Shown here: positions 14,701-26,700 of the stretch, in pieces
Layout of the letters: every line of letters starts with the position of its first letter
How positions within the stretch are numbered: position 1 is the first letter of the stretch
Assembly (NCBI GenBank): GCA_051294905.1
Contig: CM119381.1
Coordinates: forward strand, 15,190,001 to 15,254,000
Source of the DNA: Botryllus schlosseri
Taxonomy: Eukaryota
Reading direction: 5' to 3'
DNA: 64,000 bases
Position numbers and translations under genes: made by a program
The notes under the pieces: model-generated
What the model saw: the letters and a program-made list of their open reading frames with translations, nothing else
Told to the model about the DNA's origin: nothing
Database searches by the model: none

Positions 14701-17700
14701 TTATTTGGATTTTACGACTCCGATAACAGAGAATGGAAAGATGGACTCATGCAACATCTCATCAGGCCGCACTGTTCCAGCTCCTCTACGTCCGAGGTAT
14801 GAGATACTAAATTAAGCACCAAATTTCCTCATATTCACTCCTGAAATGACGGATGCAATGCTAGCAATATCACAGAATATGAATTTGCAGTAATGATTTT
14901 GTATTTGAACAGGCTATTTGTCTGTTTATGTTTCGGTAGAATATCATTTCTTGATCACTCTTAACAAGCCAGCTTGAAATGCCATAATGCCGGTAACCAC
15001 TACCGTCCGGCATACATTCATTTCATACGGCAACTGCATATTCATTTGCAGATTCAGATATCTACCTCCACACCCTTCTTTCCACCTAGAGAAATCCTAA
15101 ATCACAGTATATGTCATCTTCTCTCTCAGTGCCTACCCAGACTTGATGTCGAAAAATATATTTGAAAACTGCCGTCTCCATCGTCCCAGTACCTACTTCA
15201 AATATGTATGTATGAAGATTTGTGGCGCAGGCGTATATATTTTTAAGCCTAAATGGATTTTTTGGATTTTAGTTTCATCTTATTCACGTCTAATTCTAAG
15301 TTTAAATTCAAATTGCCGCAACGGCTCAAATTCTTCGACAAGTCACAATACATGTACAAATACAAATCTAGCTGAAAACAATTCCTAAATCGTAATTCGT
15401 TTTGAGACCAACAGAAATCTTCAAATCCGTTTTCAAAAATTCAAACTCCAACGCAATTCTTATTGCTCGATCCTTGCTCATCATAAATAACATAGTACAT
15501 TTAAAATATCAGGGCGCACATCAGCAAGTCGTTTTGCAAGTGGACGGGATGTTGGATGTGGGAAACAGCGACATCTTGCTGCAGCTCGTGCGAAGCTCCA
15601 GATTGTTCGGGTCGGCGCACGACTCCCTTCCTCGCGACCTAATACTGCCTAACAACGAAAGGCTCCGCTTGCCGGTCGGACTACAAGTGATTTGGGAATT
15701 GGAGTCGTTGGCTGATCTAGCGCCCAACGTAGTCTCGGAACTGGGACTGCTTGTATTGGGAAGCAAGGGTGAGTGGTTTTGTAATTCGTTTTGTATATGT
15801 GCTATTTCTAGCGGAAGTAGAGTATAAAAGTCTGCTAAGAACTGGTCAAAAATTGTATCAGCAAAAATTACAATATCTTGTTCATATATAGGCCTGCTCC
15901 AAGTTTCATGTTGCTATCAGGCTATACAAAAATTCATAAAACATGCTCTAGCATTCATACCCTGTTTCTAATATCTCCTAATGTAAATACTGAATAAACA
16001 GTATGTTATTATTTGTAATGTCCGATTTTTCAGAAGTTACGTGGAAAGTGCATTTGTCCAGATGGACGGAGCAATTACCGGCAACGACACGCGCGTGGCT
16101 GACGGAACTCCTCGACAAATACTTCCCGAAAATCACCTCCCACTTCGCCAAAGCCACCGCGCCCAGCCACCTGACACGTGGCCAAGTCGACAAGTCCCAC
16201 GTTCTCACGCAAGCGGTCCGAACCACCGTGGAGTCCATGACGGTCACCTTTTGCCAGTTAATGGACTGCATGTTGTCTGCGGATTTACGTGGAGATGAAT
16301 ACGAAAGATTTGTCGGATATTCCGCGTTTTGGGCTTTTGGCGGGACACTTGAGTGTGACAGCCGGGACAAGTTTGTGGCATGGTGGAAGGACCAGTGGCC
16401 CACTTTTTTCCCGGACAGGTACGACCCTTGGTTTGTGTTCGTGGACTCGGAAACAAAAGATTTTGCCCACTGGCCTGACCACCTTCCCCAATTTGGTGGT
16501 TTCGCCCATGCAGCCGGACACCTAGCCGGGTCGTCCGCAGCCCCGCCTAGCCACGACGAACAGCAGAGACTTTTGCAGCAAGATGAGGTGTTTGTACACA
16601 CCCCGGAGTCGGCTCAAATGAACCACATCCTGGGCATGTTGACCGACGCCAGTCGACCGGTTATGTTGGTAGGGCCGGCAGGGTGTGGTAAAACTGCCCT
16701 GGTCCGAGAGAGAGTGAATAACGTCAGCTCGGGCGAGGTCGCTGAAGTGTTGAGCCTTTTTGTCAACTGTAACCGATTGACTGAGGCCGGTGGTTTGTGG
16801 AATCGCGTGTCTGGCTACTTGGAATGGAAGCACAGCGACACTTACAGTCCACGGGGGAATAAAAAGCTGTTGTGCGTCGTCGATGATATCAATTTGTCAA
16901 AGCCGATCGGTAATTATTTATTTATTTGCTAGTATTTAATAACATTTTGAATTTTTTTTTTTTCGTTTCAGCTGGAGGCCGGAATCACTTGCAGTCGTCG
17001 TGCGAAATCATTCGTCAGCATCTCGACATTGGTGGCGTGAGGAACATCGCCTCGTTTAAATGGCAACAGGTAGTTCGATCACATGCAATTCGATGTGTTG
17101 TACTCTCTCACGGCCTGCGTTTGTGTAATATCGGCACTGAGCCATATTTTGACATCGTCAAGTGTTAGCTATCGGATACTACGGCATCAATTATGAAGGA
17201 GGCATTCTTCTTCCTGTTGATGGCTTCTCCAAAAGGGTTACTGTGGCAAATCGGTCTCTGCAAGCTCCTTGTCGTGATATGTGCCTCTGTTGTTCCCACT
17301 TTTTTCCTCTTTTGCAACAATTACGTATCTGGAGAGACTTTTTGCGATCCAGAATTTTAATACTCATTTTCATGATACCTTAATAATGAAAATGTATTGA
17401 AACCTGAACCTTTGGAGCTGACACTCTACAGCGGCAATTGTCAGCAAATGAGGAATTTTAAAAAACTGGAATACCTACATTGCATACAACTACATTGCAT
17501 ACAACTAATTGTGAAGACATAGAAACAAATACAATAGATATGGATTTAGGCACTTTAGAAAATCTCCCCTCATTATATTCGGAATTCTGAACTAAATGCT
17601 TGCCAATAGAAGAGTAAAGAGTTCATAGCCATGGCCAAGCTTCGGGTTTTCATATGTTTTCATTATTAATACTAGATTAAAATGTGTACATATCTCTTAT

Positions 17701-20700
17701 ACAACCTTCCTCTCTTCCATCTAAATGCCTTGGGCATTCCGAGCATGTTCTAAACAAGAGATTGCTTGGTAAAAATGCATACTGCGCTGAATTTTTTCAT
17801 GTTTTATACTGCTGCCACAGTGCACAGACTTTGTATTCAATTTCAGTCGCATTAGCCTTTTACTTAAATATGTTTGCAGGTTAGCAACGTCACGTACATC
17901 GCAACGGCGAACCCATCGCTGGCCTGTTCTGCATGCCCTCTCACGCAGAGGTTCATTCGTCTCTTTTCGTTATTCGCTTTGCCGTTTCCGTCTGTCGAAG
18001 CTCAAAAATCCATATTCAGGTTCGCAATAATTCAGTCGTCATGCCAAACACACTTCACTAACGTCTTTTTTACATTGTAGCGCAATGTTGGGAAGTCATT
18101 TCCTTCGTACATTCGGATCGAGCCAGCTGTCTTCGAGTAATTTAGCGGAAATATGGGCCGAAAAGCCGCTAGAAGTATGAAAAACCTTGCGTTTCTAGCA
18201 ACTCAAATTTGATCCGTTATGCGTGTGACATTCAGAATCTGCTGCATCACATCGCGATGGTGACTATCGAATTGCAAGAGCGTCTACGGCACATGTACCT
18301 GCCCATTCCTGAAAGGGCGCATTACCTGTTCACTCTCAACGACCTCGATAGGATATTCCGCAACCTATTGCTTTCCTTGCAAAAAGACTGTGATCACCAA
18401 GATCTGTTACTGCTCTGGCGTCATGAATGCGATTGGGCTTACGGCTGGCGGATGGTAGGTTTGAGAATACACTTCTTTCACTTATTATCTGCAACATTAC
18501 CTATTTCTCTACTCAATAGTTGTTACCCATTATGTAACTTCAAACATCCTATTTTGAGCTTTGATAAGGATACAAATATTTCTTACATAATTCGACTTGT
18601 CCTTTGCAGTACTCGCCATATTTCGTCATATTCACTATTCACTGTTATAGCTTCAATGTACGCAATATAGATCCAATTACTCCTAACAGCTGCAGTAGAC
18701 TTGACGATCACCAGATTACTGCACCTATATACTATGCATATGAATCTACCAATATTCACTTTATATCACAATTCATTTGTACACTTCATTCAGCGTACTG
18801 ATCAAATCAATCTTTTCTGTGTTGTGTAATAGTTCGGAGATTTGCGAGGATGAATAAATTGAACACAATCGCGTTTGCGTTTGTAGATTTCCGACGTCGA
18901 CTTAGAAAGATACCATCAAGCATTCGATACATCCGTCAGGAAGCATTTGACTGATAACCGGCATCTGCCGTGTGTTATCCCAGTGAGGCAGCCGCTGTTT
19001 AGCAATGTGCGCGAATTGGACAGCGGATTTGTGACTGCTGGCAGGTATGTGATAATATTAATCAGATGTATAACTGATTGTGGGCAAATTTACTTTCACC
19101 ATTGATGGATATTTGAAGCTTGGATAATTTCTGATCTTTTCTCCTGAATATTTCTCACATTTCATCCTGTCTGTAATGTGTGCCCGCTACTAATATCCGG
19201 CAAGGTTATCACTGTGATTTTTACGCTTATTTTGAAGATACCAAGGTCGCACTTCGCAGAGTAGTGGCCGTGGATTGAAATCTGGCGCTCCTACTAACAT
19301 GGGTGATTATTACAAACCCGTTACGGATATAGCAGACGTGCGAAGGCTACTTGCGGAAGCCGTCAAGGTATTGTGATATTAGTCCATATGCATCATATGG
19401 AAAGTACAATGATATGAAAAAAATATCAGCTAAGGCAAAGGGACATTTGAATAATCTTGCTAACGGTACTCGTGAGTACGACTGGAACCATGAGTACGGT
19501 TGAGACCATTCTCTCCAGAGCGTTTCAATTACATTTGGTACTCAAACTTACTTCAAATATGTCATAGTTATAGTCGGTATTCCAGCATGTAGCTTAGCTG
19601 CCTGTAATCTTTGTGGCTTGCGAAATGTTGCAAGAAATAGGTAGTGTGAGATGGCACTGCTTTCAACCGACTCTGTTATCAACTTATGTATCTCAACTGT
19701 ACCTATCTAATCAACGGTATTGCAAACTATTTGGCTGTGGCATTAATACATTTTTCATAGAAAGTATAATTCGATCACGCTTAACTGTACAAGTAAAGTT
19801 AACGGACCAGCAAGAATGAAAATCAATACACAGATGCTAACTTGGGTATGGGGAAGTCTAGTGCAAAGCATTAGATGAGATTTCCAGGCAAATACTTTTA
19901 CTCATTTTATTCAAGCGTGGGCTTTGGCATCCGAGAAACTTGCTCCGGTTTTATTCAACCCAAACGCGATAATTACACAAAGCTGTAAATCTATTCATAT
20001 ACTCCAGGTTTACTCAAACAGACCAATTAGTTACTTGATGCTCGCGTGGTGTTACATTAGACTACTTTGCAACATTTTTTCAAGCCAAATATTTAGCATT
20101 TCCAACATCACCATTGTTGTGAATTTGGTTGCCCCGTCTTTGACCTGCAACTTGTTTCCTTTCAGGAATACAACAAGGTCAATGTCGGAATGAATTTAAG
20201 CCTGTACAACGACGCCATCACCATGGTATGCCGGCTTGTCAGGATCATGCAATCTCCGCATAAAACCGGGCATACCTTGCTTTTTGGTGATGGTGCACCC
20301 ATGATTGCAAGACTTCTTGTCAACTTGGGTAAAATCACATCCTAAGTTGAAGTATACCTGTGGTAATAATAATTTGTGTTTATCAGCGGCTCATCTTGGC
20401 GGATTCGGTGTAAAAAGCTTGCGTCCGGCTATCACGAATAATGAAGAAGAGGTGATTGACTCGGACGAAGCGCGCCTTTCTCAGTTCAAAGAGTTCATGG
20501 TGTCGTTGTACAATCAAACTGGGGTGAAAGGGGAGAAGGTGCTGCTGTTTCTTAGCGATGACAGGTGGGTGATAAACTGATAATGTGTAACGGATTGAGG
20601 GATTCATTTTATTAATCTTTATTTCCCTCGTTAAACGTTGTTCAATTCTTTTTTCTGATTTTCTGATCCCGTTTTCTGTACGTATTCTATCTATTTCTGC

Positions 20701-23700
20701 AACCAGATGTGAATGATCAGGCGGCAAATATCACTGTCTACAACAGCGGTTTTGAAAGTGGGCAAAATTACCAAATCTTCAGGCTTTACTTTCCAATCTC
20801 TTGTGATGTTCGATTTTGGATTGATGGATAGTCATACTGAAGCGATAAGATCCAATGCCTTTTCACCTCACCAAATTAGGTCTTCACATTGAGAGATTTA
20901 AATTAGTTTTTACTTCAGTTATTGGAGGATACGTGGGATAGGAACTGTTTGAGGTCGTGATTAATATGTGTACTTGTGTATGTCAATAGTATAATTTTAT
21001 CACTTTCCTTTAAATACTATTTTCTGGGTACACGGTTTCCCAGTCTTCAGTTATTAACAGCCATAAATATTCCTGAGCTCCGCTGCAATTTTGACGATTT
21101 TTAGAATCCTCACTCACGAGTGCTTGGCCGTTTTGGACGAACTCATTCGACACGGGGCGATATCCCACTCGTTTACGAGCGACGAACAAACCACCATCGC
21201 CAATTCCGTTCGTAGCGAAGTCACCGCGGCGGGGCTGACGTATTCCCGGGATGCAGCCTGGAATTTCTTCCAGAGCACAGTCATGAAAAACTTGAGGATT
21301 GTGCTCGTTTGCTCGGAGACAGGTGAGTGGTTCATCAAAATAAAATAAATTAGAAGATTCTACTAAATGTTCATGTCAATTCAACTCCAAATTCTCCATC
21401 AAACCACGAAATAACAAAACAATGCAAACTTCTATGAGCTGGACGTCAGCCATTCCTGTAGTGTCATTACTTTGATTGATAAGTCTTATAATTCTCTTAA
21501 CCCCTGTAAGCTACACTAGAGATCCACAGAATAAGGGCTTTGGATTGTAACCAGACAGGAATCCAGTAGGTCTTTCTGAAATGGGATTGGATCAGGATTC
21601 ATATTTTTGTCGGATCTGGATCCAGTACACGAAATTGACATTCTGTTTGGTTATTTCGATGTTTTGTATGAGTTTGAACTCAGCTGACTTTGGCATTCCA
21701 TAACAATTTAGAAGAATCCTTGTTAACAAACAAACAGGATCCAGTTTGGGATCGTGATTCCATATTAACTGAACAGCATTGGATTCGGATCCTGAAAAAC
21801 CATGATCCGTACATCTCTACAGTGCAAATCTTTTGCGTTTGCAGGAAAAAGCTTCATGGCCAAAAGCCTGGAGTTCCCCGCGCTCTTCAACCACTTCAAC
21901 ATGATCGCGATGCGGCCCTGGTCTCACGAGCAGCTGGTCGAAGTCACCCTCTACCACATTTCCCACACCGACGCCAACGGCCGCCGAAAATGCTGCCTCC
22001 AGGAAGAAAACGAAAGCGATAAGCTCGCTGGACGAAACCGTAGGCGCCTTGGCAAGAAATGGATGGAAAATGCGGCCCATCTCTTGGCCAACATGCACAT
22101 CGCCGTCAGGCAGAAGCCGGAAAACAATAACTACAAGTATAAGCATGGTTTTCATAACGTCTTTTTTTTCTAAGATTGGAATGGTGTTATAAAACTGCGT
22201 TGTCCTTGTTCATAAGATTTGTCATTGTTTTTGATTCCTGTTCTTAGTTTCTCTTATTTATAGACCGGATGACAATGGGGCCATGATGGACTGGGCAAAA
22301 GTGATGACATAACCTTTTTTTAATCATCAGCTTTCAAAATAGGCCGGTGAACAGACGTTAAGTGTGAAAGTGTTGAAAATTTTAGTTTGTTTAGTAGTGT
22401 TTACCAATTTGTTGGTTTGGCTGCTCAGACTTGAGTTTTTGACTATTCTTAGTTTTTGATCCATTTCAATGTTAGCTATGAGTATAAGGCTTGTTTTGTG
22501 CCTATTTCCGCTGCCAATTTGACGCAATCACTTTTGTTTTCAAGGGTGTTCGGACACGTTTGCAACTACGCGTTTGAAAAACTGGTGCAACGCTTCGTGC
22601 ATGTCTTCTGTGCCAAACGCCGTTCCGTGCATGAGTATCAAGGTGTTACGGCTCATGCTCTGATGAATATTGATAAGGAAAATGCGATCGCAGAGTCGTT
22701 GCAAAAAGAATTGGACAGGGAAAAACAGGTGACATCTGACTTCATTATGGGTTGGGATGTTGGAGATCGAAATAATTCAAAATCTGGAATTTTGTAAAGG
22801 GGAAGAAGGGCAGGTCAAAAATAAAATTCAATGCATTACTCGACAAATAGTATCTCACTACTCGACCCGAATCATTACAATTAACACTCGATTTTGATTT
22901 GATTACTCGAATAATTTTGCCCACTCACGAATGATAAGTGTATAATTATATGGTTGCTATGTAAGTTTGACAGGAAGTCAGTAACGTACTTGCATTTCAC
23001 GGTGTGATGCTTGCAAGACAAATTTCAATCAGGATTCTTGTATACGGTATCAGTCGTATCAGGTTTTAGCGGATAACTCATGAAAAATTCCAGCCACATA
23101 TTTCGTATGACCCAGACTCACTCCAGATATTCATGTGGCATAGCCCATTTTAGCATTACTCAGCTCTATTAATTCACAGAAAAACTGTACTCATTTTAAA
23201 GCCCTTGAAATTCGCCATGATTGCAGGTATTGGAAGAACACAAAATTGGGACTACCCAACTTCTTGCTCAAATCGGACAAGATATGGTGATCACCGAGCA
23301 GCAGGTGAATATATCTTACGCACACTTATTTGCTCGCAACCCACCTCACAAATGGTGTTTTGTAGGTGATGGCCGTAAAACAGCAAATTCGAAAAATAAG
23401 GCACTTGAAGAAATATCAACCCAAGTATAAGCATGCTCATGAGAAAGCTGTTTTTAAAGCTGCCGCCATCGTGAAGGATACCAAAAATATTGTGAACGAT
23501 ATCGACCATCAGGTAAATAAAATTGGCAATGATAAACAAGCGTTGAATATATTTGTACTCGTGTACGGTTATTGCGAATGGGAAGTTATCGGCTGTATGT
23601 TTGCGATAATTTCAAGGGTCTCGCGGAACTCAGATTGGTACAGAAACCGGATAACGACGTGGAAGACTTGATGGCTTGCATCATCATGATCTTGAAAACG

Positions 23701-26700
23701 CCCAACTCGGATTTGACTTGGAGCAAAGGAGCCAAACGACAGATGGCAAACTTGGATCGCTTCATTGACGAGCTGATGAATTTTGACCTCTACCAACTAC
23801 CACAGGTGAGTATTCATATCTCTTAAAAGGTTATCGTCGTGTAATTCTGTTCTTTATACGCAAAGACCACGCTTGACGCGTTGGAACCGACTTTGGAAAA
23901 AGAGACTTTCACGGCGGAAAATCTGGTGGAAAAGGCAGGCGGAAATTCTGCAGTCGGTAAGTGTTTCTCAACCTTTTTCATCTCGCGGACCGGTTAAATT
24001 TCGAAAAATGCTTTGCGGACCGGTGAACTTACAAAAAATTGAAATCAACTCAAAACGTGAAGTAGGCAGCCTCTTTCTTGCAAGTATACTAGAGAGTGAC
24101 ATTTTGACGGTTTCGATGGTAATTAATTATGTTCATGATGGCATCCATGTGATTTTACCGTAGTGAGTCTTCTGAGTCGAGGTAAAATTTCCTTGTCCAG
24201 ATAAACATGCTAGCGACGAGTGTTGTTTACAGTCTTTCGCACCGAAGGCCACGGATTTAACCGAAGACGCTGACTCGAATAATATTCTTCTATTCGCCAA
24301 TATCGAGAGAACATCCGTTTCAGAGTCGGACCAAGCACCTTGTCGTGCTACCTTGCTCATTGCCCACTGCCACCAGATGTAGGCTACTCTGTATACTATT
24401 AATAGCCTACAATGCGCCGCACGAAAACACCTGCAACAGCAATAGGGGAGATGCGAGGGGGGACCGATGATACGTTCGAGCAACAAATTTTAAACAATTA
24501 TAAATATTTTTTGAAAAGGTGGATATTCATGTAAATGTCCGCGATAGCTAGAGCTTGGATCAAAGTGTTGAGCCAGCAAAAGATCTGCTATTTTCGACTG
24601 AAAATTTGATGGCCAGAGATCATTTTGCCATTATTGAACCATCGGTACCGCACCTCCCCTACCTGGCCATCCACAAGATCAGGGCCAATCGTCAGCCTAC
24701 CCGCCCAAAATGCGTTGGTCTCGGGCCGACGACAGGATGATAAACATAACTTCTGGAGGGTCTTCGCCCCTCAACTCCACAGTTTGTTGGATGTTTTCTC
24801 CAGTACTTTTTACACGTTCATTCTACTCAGTGCAGGCCAGGGGTGGCCAACCTGCGGCCGTGGACACGATTTTCAATTAATATGTTATGACGGCCGTCCA
24901 CATGCAATTTGAATTTACGAATTGACCTATCGATTTCTTGAAAGATTTTAATTAAACTTGAAAGTTTTTTCGCGCTACGCGCGATTTCATGTGACATCGT
25001 TTTTCAATTATAATATAATAGCACCCTTTGCAATCAGAGCCCCACAGTACAGATTCAAACAGCAGAGGAAATGATGCGCTCCACATATGAATACCCACTC
25101 GGAATCGTGTGCTCCTCGCTATACCGATAATCCTCATGGGAGGTCAACAAATAACACCATGCAACAAAGTGACTAATAACAATTTGCCCACCTAAAGATG
25201 CACAATCATTCATAACTTGCCATAAATTTTCGAAAACACCCCTCCATCAACTTTACAGGTGAATCTGATCACATGGGTTGATAAAGGATAAATCTTTCAT
25301 AGTAATATGTAAAACTACTCTTATTAATGACGAAATTCATAAGTGAATCTTAAAAACGTTTCGCGCCACGCGCTATCATCAACAATACCATAACGTGACC
25401 ACTCACGATTTGGGTGCGTAAATTAAGCCTATATGCTTAAATAGGTCTGTCCGGACTTCATCAGAAATGGCCACACACACTTTAACATGGGTAATTGGCG
25501 TCCAGCTGGTTCATTACGACTACATGCCCTGGAATGCGGCCTTAGCCTACATGAGTAGTCGAAATGCGGCCGTGAATAGCAAAAAGGTTGGCCTCCCCTG
25601 GTATAGGCAGAGAGTTTATATAAATAATCGCACACAGCGCGAAAATGTTCTATAATTCATGACTGAACTGTCAATAATATTGGTAATTGCATATATATTG
25701 CAGTAAATTTTTTATACTGTCAGAATTATCAGATTTTCCGGTAAAGTTGTTGAGGTGTCGTCTTGGAAAATTTAGGGCACGTAATTAATAATAGTTAAAC
25801 ATATTAGGGTGGGCCTGTTGGAATAATTACTTCATTACATGTGAATATTTCATGACCTAGGCGTACTGTCTGTTTTATAGTGAGTTGATGTTGAAATCAC
25901 CCAAGCTTACTAACTACAGGACACACACGATTCCAAATTGGTATTTCTTCACTGGCAAATATCTTTTCTATGTGTTCTGGCATTTTTCCTGTGGGGCAGG
26001 CCTACAGATTGCCAGGACAGCGAGATTCGGCGCCAGCCATTTTGGAGCTTAAGGACAATTAGACATATATATATATCGAAGTTTTCTGTCAACAAAGGGA
26101 AGTCATTCTCGGCCAAGGTTATCTCGCTGGCGAGTTTTTCGCACAATTTTCGGAGTCCTATGTTAGCCTAAACTTCAGTATGTGTTGGCGCGTCGTGGCG
26201 CAGTAATGGCTGCAGACATGGGGTGATTACTTCATGAATGTAATCGATTGCGATTACGATTACTTCTGAATGACGCGATTACGATTACGATTACGATTAC
26301 AGCAAAATCAGGAAGTAGTCGATTACGATTACGATTACATTGGAAAAGTAATCACGATTACTAACGATTACATTTATTTTGCATCTTAGAAGTTATATCG
26401 GAAGACAATATCTGGATTGCGCTGAAAAGGCTTAAACAGTTGGTTTGTGGTACAGAACTTGAAGATAGCTTTGAATACAACATCCATTGTAGTAAAATAT
26501 TTATTCAACCCGAAGACTTTTCGGGTGCCTCTTTTCAAGAGTTAACGGCACACTGAAGGGATTTAAACAGAATGAAAAGCAATGAAAAGAAATGAAATGA
26601 ATGAAAAGAATGAAAAGGCCTAATGAGATAATAAACTTCCTTTAAAAAAAGATGCGTCATTTGCTTGTTACGTCATAATGTACCGATTGCCCATTTTTAT

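Noticed and set aside
15978-16833. Minus-strand ORFs of 207 aa and 103 aa
   Set aside because: They are antisense to the 876-nt AAA3 exon, have no independent splice or homology signal, and are expected from GC-rich codon usage.
26185-26212. tRNA A-box-like TGGCGCAGTAATGG next to the GATTAC element
   Set aside because: No B box or tRNA fold appears after removing the insertion in silico.
26213-26360. GATTAC, GAGTCAAGTC and TCGCCCCC arrays as CRISPR-like repeats
   Set aside because: There are no unique spacers of constant length, and they are subterminal repeats of eukaryotic MITEs.
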